In this document: positions 40,616 to 54,454 of the stretch, piece after piece | Numbering within the stretch: position 1 is the stretch's first letter | How the letters are laid out: each line of letters opens with the position of its first letter | From: Lytechinus pictus | Taxonomy: Eukaryota | Length of the DNA: 64,000 bases | Reading direction: 5' to 3' | Assembly: GCF_037042905.1 (NCBI RefSeq) | Contig: NC_087251.1 | Coordinates: 38,194,001 to 38,258,000, forward strand | Notes under the pieces: generated by a model | Told to the model about the DNA's origin: nothing | The model's database searches: none | Seen by the model: only the letters and a program-made list of their open reading frames with translations | Program-made: the position numbers and the translations under genes

Positions 40616-41073
40616 CGCATACATTCGTAATTCCGAAGGTTCGGATATTCCGAAGGTTCGTTATTCCGAAGGTTCGTATTTCCGAAGGTTCGTAATTCCG
40701 AAGGTTCGTTAGTCCGAAAACGAAATGAGGTTCGTTATTCCGAAGGTTCGTTAATCCGAAAAAGAAATGAGGTTCGTAATTCCGAAGGTTCGTTAGTCCG
40801 AAAACTAAATGATTAACTAACCTTATTTCGTTTTCGGGCTAACGAACCATCGGAACAACGAACCTTATTTCGTTTTCGGATTAACGAACCGTCGGAACAT
40901 CGAACCTTATTTCGTTTTCAGATTATCGAACCTTCGGAATAACGAACCTTCGGAATAACGCCACAAATGTTCGGATTAACGAACCCTTTTACGTTTTCGG
41001 ATTAACGAACATCGAGGTATAGGCAATTTACGTGTTTCGGAATTACGAACCTTCGGAATTACGAAGTGTAACC
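40616..41073. mobile_element. Small foldback MITE built of 16-bp tandem repeats
   Basis: (TTCCGAAGGTTCGTAA)n arm plus inverted arm; 9-bp TSD gggcgtctc/gggggtctc (1 mismatch). Confidence 0.75.
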
Positions 41074-41291
41074 GGGGGTCTCAGCCTCCAGCCAACCCCT
41101 GTTTCTGCGGCCCTGTAGAATGAATACCATTATCCGAATTTGTTGTAACAATGAAAATATTTCTCTTAATATTTCAACTTGAAGTTTGAGGCCCTGAATA
41201 TATAGCAATTATTTCGTTTATTCAGTCATAAAAGAACTGGAGAATGATATCATTAAATAAATTAATCACTTTTCCTGATTTTTTCTTGCAG

Positions 41292-41492
41292 ATTTTGAAC
41301 GTGACGGTGCTACTGACAAGAATCTTTTTAGTTGTGTCGTCTTAGAGCGTCGACATCGTGTTGAAGATCAGTCTGAAGAGACCGAAATCAACCACGAAAT
41401 CGTTGGTTGTATGCTGTATTCAAAGATGTATTGTGTTTTGATGGGGCAATTATATTTCTTACAAGGCCTTTATCTGAAACAGGAGCATAAAG
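41292..41492 (+). CDS. Tandem SSAT-like GNAT, exon 6 (domain 2)
   Basis: DFERDGATDKNLFSCVVLE...EIVGCMLYSKMYCVLMGQLYFLQGLYLKQEHK, matching SSAT (L.RDGF...F.C.V.E; VG..MY...Y....G...YL); phase 1 to 1. Confidence 0.87.
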
Positions 41493-42937
41493 GTAATTAA
41501 TGCTATACATACATGACTCTAATGACTCTTAATTAATATTCGTTTTTAACCTTTCTTTCTTTTACTTTGTCATGTTTGTATTGACCGGTTATGATAATGA
41601 TACTAGTTTCTACATTACATGTATAGCGTTTATTACACTTTGTTTCTAATCGCTTAACATTCTATTTATTATTACACCGTCATCGGATCCTGACATGCCT
41701 GCAAACAATGCAGGGGCCGCGGAAGTGGGGGGCTGGGGGGCTTCAGCCCCCCTACTTTTTTTTATAAAACCGTGTACAAAAACGTAAAAATAACCATTAC
41801 GATTGTGATTTTTTGCACGGTCATCCCCCCCCCCCACTTTTGGCTCAGCCCCCCCCCCCTGAAAACCGTTCCGCGGCCCCCATTATGAGATGCCAATGCC
41901 TTCAGAATTCAATTCAAACAAATGTGATGGGAAATCGAATATATATATTTTTAAATAGCCATCATATAAGAGCACACTTAAACATATTTTGAAATGTAGG
42001 CCTATATTTGTACCGAAACGTATATATATATATATAGGCCTATACTTGAACCACAAAATCATCTAATAACGATTGAAGTTGACTTACCGAAATTCTTCCC
42101 TTCCCCACAATTTTTTGCCAAAATTCAACATATGCAGGCTATAGATTGTATTTCGCGAATTGAATTGATTTCTACTGCATATAGAACGTCTGATAAATAT
42201 TCTTTGCCCACGATTCAACGGAAAGTCAAATGACTCTTGGACAGGGCAATAAATATTTATTTATTGGGTGGCAAATCTTGTTGACTTTCCAAAGTAAATT
42301 AAAATGTTGGAATTGCTTTATATAATTCTTTTTACTTTGATTATGGTTAATAAAAATAATGTAAACTATGGCCTGAGGTTTATTGCAGCCTATAAATGTG
42401 GCTGTTTGATTGCTGCATTAGAGAATTAGCTGGTATAGAAAGTCAAAATTTTAAAGCTAAGAACTGGTTCACACCCCCCCCCCGCTCCTTCCCGACCAAT
42501 TTTATTTTGCTTGTTTTTTTTTTGCCAATTGCTTCTATGTGGCTTTGACCTCTTTTTTTCGCATATCACCAGTTTTAGGGCCAACGCTTCTTAAGTGGTG
42601 ACATTTCATCTCCCCCCTCTCTCTCTCTTTTTTTTTTTGGCGGGGGGTTGGGACTTGGCAGAATTTGTTGTGCACCCTGCACTGTTACCGCCCCTGCACT
42701 TTTTAATCCTGGATCAGCCCCTGTGTCATCGCCTACAAACATTATGACTATTTGACATTATATATGCAAGAGTACAAAATAGGCCTAATGTTTTGCCAGA
42801 GTACAGATTAAAGACCAAATGGTGTTTGCCAAGTGCCATCCACCTTGCTTCCTGCACATTATTTTCATAAAGATGATATTATTTGAGGTTGATATCTCCA
42901 TGCTATTTCATTGTTGTAGTTTTTTTTTAATATACAG

Positions 42938-42978
42938 GTAAAGGCTTAGGCAAGGCCCTACTTCGTTCAACACTGCAG
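42938..42978 (+). CDS. Tandem SSAT-like GNAT, exon 7 (domain 2, acetyl-CoA-binding motif A)
   Basis: GKGLGKALLRSTLQ; acceptor tacag, donor gtaagc; 41 nt. Confidence 0.87.
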
Positions 42979-43490
42979 GTAAGCTTTGTAATTCCAAATT
43001 CAAATTCAAATAAGCACTGAACAAAAAATACATTCATCCAATTAAATAAATTTCGGTAACTTTTTTTTACAGGCGCTGCTCTTTTTTCCAGCAAGTCCCT
43101 CCATTTATCTTATACTTCTAACTTATTTATAACGAAGTAATTTTTGTTTCCTGTCTTGTTTTCGTAAACACGAATATTGCTGATCGACCTAAATGATTTA
43201 GAAATATATATATAAAGTTTTGTGGGGTTTTGGGTTTATGGAATGCTAATTGCTTTGAAACGGGGAGAATGATGGAATACAATTTGAAAAAAAAATTGAA
43301 TAAAGTATGTTTTGATGTACGCATCAATTGTTTTTAAGTTCATTCCTTTTTCATACAAAAAATAATGTTAAACTTTTTATTTTGTTCAAGTAATTCGCCC
43401 CTGCCCATAATCTTCATAGGCCACAGTGATTATTGTAACATACGAAGTTAATTTCGCCATTGTCTTTTCTCTCTCTCTCTCTCTTTGCAG

Positions 43491-43631
43491 GCTTGCAAGA
43501 AATGCACCGGTGACGGCTTTATTTTCATGATCCAAAAGGAGAACAAAACCTCCCAATCACTCTTCCAGTCATTCCACGCAATCAACATGACACAATCGAT
43601 GAATTTCGAATGGATTAAAATCTTACTCTAA
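43491..43631 (+). CDS. Tandem SSAT-like GNAT, last exon
   Basis: ACKKCTGDGFIFMIQKENKTSQSLFQSFHAINMTQSMNFEWIKILL*; acceptor (ct)n-ttgcag. The eight exons total 1017 nt = 338 aa plus stop. Confidence 0.85.
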   Translation, partial: ACKKCTGDGFIFMIQKENKTSQSLFQSFHAINMTQSMNFEWIKILL

Positions 43632-46600
43632 GAAAAACATGCACCAAAGACTATTTAGTTGACACGTTAAAATATGTAGCGTTCAGAATCCTTCTGCATT
43701 ATAGTGACATTTTATATTCACTATCAACTTAAGCGCGAGTTGTTAACGTCTTTAAATTCTGATATTATGTAAATAGTATATTTTTACTGAGAAAAATCTA
43801 CATATTTATTTTTGTTCCGACCAAAATTGTTTTTAAGTTCACGAAATTAACCTAAATTCAGGGGCTTGCCTCTTATTATAAAAGATTTACTTTTTGGCAA
43901 GCCTCTCCGTTACTATGTTTTACTAAACTCAGCTGAGGTCAGTTTTCTCAAGAACAAATAATTATGTAATGTATTATGATATGCCTGATACTTCTAATAT
44001 ATTAGACTTTGTCGTGTGTTTGTTATTATTTTGTTATGTCAATTATGTCAATATTCGAAGTATAGTACTATTTTGTTTTGTATATTATTATCATGTATTA
44101 TGTAAGGTTTTACTTTGCAATTTATTGTGTATATTTTAAATGTTTTTATCTGTATATACAGTGTCCCTTGGCAGAACAATACTCGATATTGAAAGGGCTA
44201 CCCTGTATAAAGAAGACCAAATAAATAAATAAATGATAACATAAATTATCAAAATCTTCTAAACGTACATTAAGTCTAGTATAAACCAGCTGTTCTTTAA
44301 ATCATTCCCAAAGAAACTTTTGACCAATAGCTGGTTGGCCTTGTATGTGTTTGTATTCTAACCATTAACCAAATGATTTCATCAACTTTTCTTTATTAGC
44401 TGTCAAACTCACATAGACTTTTTAGGGGTTATGGTGTAAATAGAAACACTCTTGATTTTTTCTTTGCTTGTGGATTTTCTTCTTGGGATTAGGACAGCGT
44501 TATTCCTTTTGGAAGCATTTTACCCCTCCTCCGATAAGCAAGATTATCGTCCAGATCGACTGCTGTATTTTAAAGAGTGCATTATTTAATGTGCCAACTC
44601 TTGTCACATCCTACAAACTCTTTATTTATGAATAGGCCTACTTTACTTTATGTATGGGGTACAATGTCAACATTTAATGAATCTCCGTGATCGAGAAAAG
44701 AGATGAGCAGCAGTTTTGATAAGTTTGGAATTGTTTAAGCCCGAGTAGTTTAAACATGTATTGACATTTCATCTGAGTTTTATGAAGTCTTTATTGTCAT
44801 ATAATTGGTGCAGCTGAATATATATTATCCAACCGTCTTTTGTCTCAATTCTAGTCTTTTGTCTTTCATTTTTTCTTTTAAATTCTTTGGCATGTTTAGA
44901 ATATTATTTTTTTATGCAATGTTTTTGTCAATGTCTAGAATTTATTTCATTATACTATATGTTATTCTTTGTGTTTCTTCACATGTATATATTGTTAAGT
45001 ATTATCTTTTATGACGGAAATGAAACAAGCAAACAAACACTATAACGCATAATCCAAAAAGATAACAATTCATTTCTTTTAATAGCCATTTTTGCGCTCG
45101 CTTAATTCACTCGCAACTTTTATGAAATTTTGCCCCCTCATTTTTTTTAGGCTCATTGTGCCTCTGTACGATATGTTTACAATAAAATCATTGTAATGAT
45201 ATACTCGGTGTCTTGATCTTGTTTGTTTTATCAGTATAGCATTACAATTTTTCTTGATTAGGGTTATTTTTATGATTCGGACAATATTTCAAAGGGTAGC
45301 ATGAGAAATATCTTCTAAACGAATCAATTCGTATATGATGGCACTACAACACACATACCTACACTTACACTCACACCCAACCCACATACGCATGCAGATA
45401 CACATTGTTTGCTTTAATATAGCCGATACATAGCCTGGGCTTCTGCATGAGACATGTAGTGGGCTTGACAAGCAAATTCTTGAAATCAACCTTTGTTAAA
45501 ATCTACATTTTATCACATATACACCTGATTTACCAAGATACCAATTGCCAAAACGGTATTTCTTAATTTATTGAAAGTGAATAATTTTGAGGGAGAAGTA
45601 TCGAAGACTTATTTCAAGCGTTTTTACACTGTATTTTACTCTAATAGAAATGGAAATATCGTGACATTGAAACAATGTATTTAGAATTAATGTTAGTGTA
45701 AAAGATTAATGTGATTAAAATAAATGTTCAAGGATAGTGTCTCGGAAATGCCAATGTTAAATGAAAAAAACTTGTCGGACGTTTTATCCGACAAATTCTA
45801 ATTTATCCGACAGTTACCATAGTAACAGTGTTAATCAGTAAACAAGGACATTTCTGATCTGGAGACTTGTCAGATGGAAATGTTGATGAAATGCTCCATA
45901 ACTGGCTGTGCGTAGATTTCAAACTGAAAAAAGGAGTAGGCCTACAGCTTAAAAGATAAAAATGAAGTGAATAAATAAATAAATAGATATCAAAGTTGCT
46001 ATAGGCTATCATATTTATGACTAATTATATCAAATTTCCATGGAAAATTTGTAAATCACAGTATTTCAATGATAATAGGACAAAATGAAAATGACTACAA
46101 ACAACATTATTTTCCGTTGTGATTTGTCTCATATCGTGCCCAGTAGTATTATGTTCTAGGATTTTGATGTCGTTGAGAAATATAACTTGTTAGAGTGTAC
46201 ATCGACCTATTTTTTCTACTAAATGGCGAAAATTGAATTCCGAACAACTATACGAGAATCTTTGGTAGGTATGCTACATTTTGGGGGCATTATCAAATTA
46301 GTCACCAACCCATTCGATGCTGTTTGTTTCGTCAGTGCTGGTGCCTCCGCCTGGTGATGTTGTGTGAGTGGTCTGAATGATGATCAAAATTGATAGCTAA
46401 CCTCGTCGTCGTAATCGTATGCATGTGTGAGTGCAGTGTGTCCGGACCAATCAGGGTAATGGATAATTCGTTTTTCATTCCTGATTTTCGTAGAGCAAAA
46501 ACGGAAGTCAACCTCATGGATTGGTCTTTGAAAACACAAAAACGAAATCACAACGAGAAAAACCCCGTTGTGATTTCATTTTTGGAGATCAAAAACAGAA

Positions 46601-46992
46601 GAATGAAATCAGAAATACTGTCGGGTCCTCTCTGATACCTCATTCTATACCTGTGTTTGTTATATATTAAAAACAAAATCAGAACACGCTTTCTACCCCC
46701 TGATTCTGTTTGGAAAAACGCAGACAGCGAAAACGAAATCGGGTAGTTCGCTTTCCACTTCCTGCTCTCTGATTTCGTCTTTCGCACAGCCAACACACGT
46801 GCACGCAGTGCAGTGCATGCATGATACGACCACGTGCAACAAAAATTCACTTTAACATGGCTTTTTCCAGCGTTTTCGGACCTTCGCAGACAGTGGCGTA
46901 GCTAGGATTTTTTTCCCGGGGGGGGGGGACTGGGGGGTCCTTGCTTTTTCAGGGGGGGGGGCACCGGCCATTTTTTGCGGTGTGTGTGTAAT

Positions 46993-48095
46993 AAAGTAAT
47001 TTTTCAAGGGGCCCCCAGGGATATCCCGACGGCCTAGCCAGGGTAACCACGTATCCTAACTTGTAGAACTTGACTCGGGCAATCAGATAAACACTGACTT
47101 GACCCGGCGCATGCACATTTAGAGGGCTAAATTTAACAAAATTAAAGGGAATAAAGGGCTATTTATCACATTTTTAAAATTAAAATAAAGTAATTTTTCA
47201 AGGGGCCACCAGGGATATCCCGACGGCCTAGCCAGGGTAACCACGTATCCTAACTTGTAGAACTCGACTCGGGCAACCAGGTAAACACTAGCTTGACCCG
47301 GTACATGCACATTTAGGGGGCTCAAATTAACAAAAGTAAAGGGAATAAAGGGCTATTGATCGCATTTTTAAAATTAAAATAAAGTATTTTTTCAAGGGGC
47401 CCCAAGGGATATCCCGACGGCCTAGCCAGGGTAACCACGTATCCTAACTTGTAGAACTTGACTCGGGCGATCAGATAAAAACTGACTTGACCCGGCGCAT
47501 GCACATTTAGGGGGCTAAAATTAACAAAATTAAAGGGAATAAAGGGCTATTTATCGCATTTTTTAAATTAAAATAAAGTAAATTTTCAAGGGGCCCCCAG
47601 GGATATCCCGACGGCCTAGCCAGGGCAACCACGTACCCTAACTTGTAGAACTCGACTCGGGCAACCAGATAAACACTGATTTGATCCGGCGCATGCACAT
47701 TTAGGGGGCTCAAATTAACAAAATTAAAGGGAATAAAGGGCTATTTATCGCATTTTTAAAATTAAAATAAAGTATTTTTCAAGGGGCCCCGAGGGATATC
47801 CCGACGGCCTAGCCAGGGTAACCACGTATCCTAACTTGTAGAACTCGACTCGGGCAACCAGATAAACACTAGCATGGCCCGGCGCATGCACATTTATGGG
47901 GCTTAAATTAACAAAATTAAAGGGAATAAAGGGCTATTTATCGCATTTTTTAAATTAAAATAAAGTATTTTTCAAGGGGCCCCCAGGGATATCCCGACGG
48001 CCTAGCCAGGGTAACCACGTATCCTAACTTGTAGAACTCGACTCGGGCAACCAGATAAACACTAGCTTGACCCGGCGCATGCACATTTAGGGGGC
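46993..48095 (-). repeat. 194-bp tandem repeat array, about 6 units (left arm)
   Basis: Marker gggatatcccgacggcctagcc near 47018, 47212, 47406, 47600, 47793, 47986. Confidence 0.95.
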
Positions 48096-51000
48096 AACTG
48101 GTTAAAGCATCTCATGAGCAGATCTTATTCATATATTATACTCAGTCCTAAATCCTCCGCCAATAAAATAGTTCCGAAAGCTGAGTGACACCTGTATTTT
48201 TCTTTTATTTGCACAAAATATGTTCAATGGTTGCCCATTCTCTGTTTCTAGAATCAGTCTAATCATTATACATATTCTTTTTTGTAATCAACTTACAAAT
48301 TAAAAAAATGAGAATGGGTTGGGTCGAATGAATATCTTCAGCCTTCTGTTGTAGATCGTCATCTCTTGGAGAAAAGATGGGGGCGTATATCGATAGAAAA
48401 CGTATTGTCAAAATATAAAATATGAGTATAAAGCTCCTCTAATCTTCGAATTATTCTCATGAGACATTTTCTTTTGCACGTGTAGCCTTCAATTCAATTA
48501 ATTAGCAACTTAATATAATATGTGATGTATGTACCCGCGATTTGATTTTAAAAAAAAATGGCCATCTGCAATGTTTAAAAATATCACGAGGTTCTGGGGG
48601 CTCCGCCCCAGACCAGTGGCGCCACCGAATGGGGAGGCCCCAGTGAGTTGCCCCCCCCCCCGAAATTTGAAGAAACAAAATGTATAGTAAACGTTATCAT
48701 AATACTCCAAAAATGTTTTTTGTTCTTTAAATTTTAAAAATATTCTCATCCATTCACCGTTAGCATTTAGGTCCCAACAATTTTGGTCACTAACATAAAT
48801 CTTTCAGGCCATTATATAAAATTCAAAATGTAGCTCGCGATACGCGCTCGCAGTTATTAATGATTATCTGTTCACATGGGGCTTAAAAATCAAATGTTAT
48901 TAGAGTTTTCATTATTTGTTTTAGCGAGATACATATCCTGCGTATTCATAATTTCCATAGAGGATTTATTTTCAGCGAATTAGATAGCCATTCATTTTAT
49001 AATTAAAAAAAAGCTTAGAACGGCCAGGTATCATCCCGGATATCAAAAATTTTCAGCTCACGCTTCGCGCTCGCATTATTCATTTGGTGAGATATCATCT
49101 TCATGACCCAATTAATGCAAACAGCTGATTCTTAACAGTTCCCTTTTTAAATCAGTAGGGACTGCATTTGCAATAAAATTAGCTCGCGCTTCTCGCTCGA
49201 TTTTTTTTTTAAATGTGTGCCATCCCCCCGGCCCCAAAATGTTTGTTTGCCTCCTCCTAGGTTAAAAACCCTAGTACCGTCATTGCCCCGGACCCGAACC
49301 GCATAGCAAAAAAAAAAAAAAAAAAAGTTCTACAACCGAGAAAAAAAAATGATAAAAGGAAAGAAAGAAAAGGAAGAGGAAAGATATGTCATTTTCTGCA
49401 TACCATGTCAAAATCAATCTCAAAATTGAAGGTGATTTTTATTCTCGCTCGCTTCGCTCGCTGGAGACTTATTATTAAGCAAATTTTTGATGCGTGCGCC
49501 ATGGTGTGCCCCCTCTATTTTGTTCTTATCTCGCATTGAGCTTCGCACTAATGCTCGAGGCATAATCATAAAATATCCTGTTCATACAATGATATGACCC
49601 CTCCGTTCTCCCTTCTCTTTCTCTCCCTTTCCCCCTCCTTTTCTTTCCTATCTCTCCCTTTCGCTTCTCTCTCTTCTATTTTGTCTTCTCTCTTTCCTTG
49701 TTGTTTTTTTCTCTACCCATCGGCAGCACTAAGGGATGGGGGGAAAAGTCGGGACCGTGGTTCCCCATGCTTGAAAAAGCCCGTATTCCTTTACTTTTGT
49801 TAATTTTAGCCCCCATAATGAGCATGCAACCAGTTGCGTAACAGCCGGGGGGGGGGGGGGGGGGCAAGCTGCCCCCCTTCCCCCTGGCGGAATTCACCGT
49901 GAAAATGTTAAGAAAAAAAAACCGGGAAAAGGAAAAAATAAGGGGAGAAAGAAAGAAAGGGAAAGGAAAAGGAAAGGAAAACAGATGAATGGGGGAAAAG
50001 GGAGGGGAATAGAAAAGGGTAAGGGAAAATAAAACTAAGAAAAAAAAAGGGAAAACGGAAAGAATTTGGAAAAAGGAAGGAAAGAAGAACATGTGAGGAA
50101 GAACAATTTTCCCAGATATACACATACATTAGCATAGGCGGATCCAGCTTTTGGCGAAAGGGGGGCGCACTACCGAGCGGCGCACATATTTTTGCACTTC
50201 ACCGGCGCCATAAAAGAAAATGTTGAAAAAGGGGTAAAGTCTGACCCTGTCAAATGCTCTTTTCAAAATGTAAGATTTCCAGTCATGCCATTTTGCATGA
50301 CCACACGCAGATAATATTTCCGGGGGGGGGGGGGGCAAGACTCGAAAATTTGGTGCACATCTCACATTTTTCATAGTTTTCATAAAATAATAAGGAAAAA
50401 AAATTGTTTTTCACAACAGCAGCTCGCGAATGTGCCCCCCCCTTCCCCCTTGCTGCGTACGACCATTCCCTGAAGTCCACTTCATATCTCATTATAACAG
50501 AAAATATACATCAATTTATCCATATAATCTTTCTAAAACATATATATAGAGAGATTGAAAAACTTATTAAAGAAAGAAACAAGCAAAAATGAACACAAAA
50601 TTATGCATGTTGTGTGCGATTTCAAAATCTCGTGTATTAACCCTTTTATTGCGATGAGGGCGAGGCCAATACTTTTGTATATTAATAGAGATACAAGTTT
50701 TTTTAACTATATGTATATATATATATACACAGGGGCGTCGATCCTTTTTTTTAAGATTTGGGGGGCAAAATCATGAATCAACTTCCCAAAGGCGCTCGAT
50801 ATCACACAAAACAAACAAACTCACACAAACACACACACACACATATGCATATATATATATATATTTATATAACTCATGAGATAGAAACACATATGTCACC
50901 AACAAATTAATGCGAGCGCGAAGCGCGAGCTGAATTTTTTTAGTATATTGACCTGAAAACAGGAAAAAGGTGCCTGTTTAGGACTGTTTGTAGTAACTCA

Positions 51001-51734
51001 TGAGCTGAAATTTCTTTATATTCTGACCAGAAAGCTTGATATTCTATGCATTTTTGGTACCAATGATTAAGATGGGTATCTAAAAAAAAAAAGATGCAAG
51101 CGCGAAGCGCGAGCTTAAAATTTTGATATTTCGATCTGAAAAAATGACAGTTTAATGGACGTTTGTAATAAAGAACAAAATTATATCCAGCAAAAGATTA
51201 TTGCAAATCGAAGCGGGAGTTCTTTTGACATTTAGTCCTGAATAAGGGACATTCTATTCACCTATTTAATCATGAAAAGTATGGGGTTTTGCTACAGAAA
51301 TGATGCGAGGGCGAAGCGCGAGCTGAAAATTTTTATATTCCAATCTGAGAAGCGGATAATTTAAGCACGATTTTAAATAAAGAACGAGTTGTGTAGCTCA
51401 ATCTCAATATACGACTGGTAACTGGTTGCGTAATTATATACACTCCCGGTACTTGCAACGGGTTTTAGCAAAGTTTTGGGCTAAAATATCGAATCATCTT
51501 CATAAAACACTATATAGAAGCTGTCTTAAACTAAAGGCCATAGAGGTGGCACAATGTGGAATGTGTAAAGAAGAAAAGTGACTGACCTTCTTTTTATTAA
51601 AGCATTGGAAAATAAGATCAAAATTAAAGGATTTGCTCTACGCTTTTGAATGATTCTGGGATTTTTAAAATAAATTAAAGATTTCATGACATCTGTCATT
51701 CTGTCATTTATTGGGACCAGGGGACGCTGATTAT

Positions 51735-52545
51735 TCTTGACCGGCGCCGATTTAGAACAAGTAGTGCTGATTATTTTTACCGACGTCACGTAAGATTTAG
51801 GTAGCGGCAATTCATAATTGACTGGCGCCGATTTAGAACCAGGAGGCGCCGATTTAGAACCAGGAGGCGCCGATTATTCTTGACTGGCGCCGATTTAGAT
51901 TTAGGTGGAGCTGATTATTCTTGATCGGCGCCGGTTAAGACTCAGGCAGCGCTGATTTATAACCAGATGGTGCTGATTATTCTTGACCAGCCCCGATTTA
52001 GATATAGGTGGCGCTGATTATCCTTGATCGGCGCCGGTTACGAACTCAGGCAGCGCCTATTTTTCTTAACCGGCGCCGATTTCTAACCAGATGGCGCCGT
52101 TTATTCTTGCCCGGCGCCGATTTAGATTTAGGTGGAGGTGATTATTCTTGATCGGCGCCGGTTAAGACTCTGGCAGCGCCGATTTATAACCAGATGGCGC
52201 TGATTATTCTTGTCCGCGGCCCCGATTTAGATTTAGGTGGCGCTGATTATCCTTGATCGGCGCCGGTTAAGAACTCAGGCAGCGTCGATTTTTCTGTACC
52301 GGCGCCGATTTATAACCAGATGGCGCCGATTATTTTTATCTGGTGCCGATTTAGATTTAGGTGGCGCAGATTATCCTTGATCGGCGCCGGTTAAGACTCT
52401 GGCAGTGCCGATTTATAACCAAATGGCGCTGATTATTCTTGTCCGGCGCCGATTTAGATTAAGGTGGCGCTGATTATTCTTGATTGGCGCCAGTTATATG
52501 CAGGCAATGCAGCGCACTGCTGATTATTTTTAACCGGCGAAGTTG
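51735..52545. repeat. GGCGCC-rich ~20-bp minisatellite inside a hAT-like element (50730-52818)
   Basis: Alternating ggcgccgatttag.. and ggcgctgattattcttga.. units; host element ends caggggcgtcgatcc...ggatccgccactg. Confidence 0.85.
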
Positions 52546-52833
52546 TTGGGAAAAGGGTAGTTAAAAGAAAAGGAAGATGATATGATTGTGCTTTGCTGGG
52601 GGATAGTCTTTCCTTACTGTTGCTAATATTATATCAGTGTATAATTTTTTTAAGCGGCGCCTTTTCTTTTTTTTTCTTTCCTTTATTTTTATTTTTCAAG
52701 CAGCGCCTTTTCTTTCTTTTACTTTTCTTTTATATTTTTTTTGAGCGGCGCCTTTGGCGCCGCTCAAATATTAGGGGGGGCGCGCACCCCCTGCGCCACC
52801 CCCCTGGATCCGCCACTGATTAGCATGATTAGT

Positions 52834-54117
52834 AAGACAGGGAAATGAATTAAAGATGACAAAAAGGCAAACAAAAGCAGGAAATTAAGGTAGAATGGAA
52901 TGAGGCAAAATCTAAATTGGAAAATAAAATAAAAGGGACAAGATGGGCTGCTGAGGATTGAAGATAACAAGAGGGAAAAAAAGATGGATGGTATATAGCA
53001 TAATTTCGTATGAAAGTCTATTATAAACTTGCTAAATATCCAAAGCTACCGGGGGCTCTGTTCAAGAGTCAAGACCCCGTGCAGTGGAGGCTCTTAACCT
53101 GTAACCTTTAAAGGGCTCTATAACGGCCCCCTATATGGATCCTTCCGTTGAAGCACTGGCGTACGGGGGGGGGGGTTCCACAGCCAAGGGGAAATAAAAG
53201 AAAATGAAGGAGGCAGTGTAATGAGATGAATAAAATATTTTAAAAAATATATAAGACATGACATTTGCTATGATGTAAAAATCTACCACATAATTATAAT
53301 TTTATTTCAAAATGCCATTTTTCTTCTGGCTCGCTTCGCTCGCTGGCGACTTTTTTTAAAAACAAATTTTCCCACATTTGCTATGGTGTGCCCCCTCAAA
53401 ATATTTGGATGATTACGGTACACAACTACATTGATTGATTGATTGATTGATCGACTAAATTTCCAAAGCGACTATCACATAATTAGAATTTAATTTCAAA
53501 ATAATTTTAAAAGACAGGGAAATAAATTAAAGATGATAAAGGCAAACAAAAGCGAGTGAAGGTAGAATGGAATGAGGCAAAATCTAAATTGGAAAATAAA
53601 AAAAAGGGACAAGATATTACTACCGGGCTGCTGAGGATTGAAGATAACGAGCGGGAAAAAAAGATGGATGGTATATAGCATAATTTCGTATGAAAGTCTA
53701 TTATAAACTTGCTAAATATCCAAACCTACCGGGGGCTCTGTCCAAGAGTCAAGACCCCGTGCAGTGGAGGCTCTTAACTTGTAACTTTTAAAGGGCTCTA
53801 TAACGGGCCCCTATATGGACCCTTCCTGCATTAACCTTTGCGTTGAAGCACTGGCGTACGGGGGGGGGGGGATTGGTTCCACAGCCAAGGGGAAATAAAA
53901 GAATATGAAGGAGGCAGCGAAATGAGATGAATGAAATAAAAAAAATATAAGACATGATATTTGCTGTGATGTAAAAGTCTATCACACAATTCAATTTTAT
54001 TTCAAAAGGCCATTTTTCTTCTGGCTCGTTTCGCTCGCTGCCGACTTTTTACAAATTTCCCCACATTTGCTATGGTAGACCCCCTCAAAATATTTAGATG
54101 ATTACGGTACACAACTG
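52834..54117 (+). repeat. Direct tandem duplication of about 600 bp
   Basis: 52834-53428 and 53511-54117 share aagacagggaaat...gattacggtacacaact. Confidence 0.85.
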
Positions 54118-54454
54118 CAGCACTGAATTTATGTGTAGTGTGAAAGCTATATAAATATACACGCAATTTGATTAAAATTAGTGGCCATCTGTAAGGTTTA
54201 AAATGGCTTTAATATCAAGAGGTTCCGGGGCTCTACCCCGGACCCCACTAATTTTTGCCATTAAAATGTCAACAATTTTGCTCGAACGCTCCGCTCGCTC
54301 GCATAAATATATATTTTTTTCCGATACTCCATAATATCGCCCCCTCAACATTTTTGCCTTATGACTCCATTGCCTGCTTTATGATGTGACCGGGAAATTC
54401 TTGGTTCTTGCCCCCCCCCCAGCCACCGACCCCTGTTACGCCACTGCATGCAAC

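Noticed and set aside
38454..40624. Poly-L/Y/H/M/S/R ORFs
   Set aside because: Microsatellite translations within introns of the GNAT gene.
44230..44720. Possible decayed non-LTR retrotransposon coding fragment on -
   Set aside because: Only vague coding-like composition with stops; no motif I can support without a search.
51735..52545. CRISPR-like appearance of short regularly spaced repeats (also 40616-41073)
   Set aside because: Intervening sequences are themselves repeated rather than unique spacers; no cas genes; eukaryotic context.
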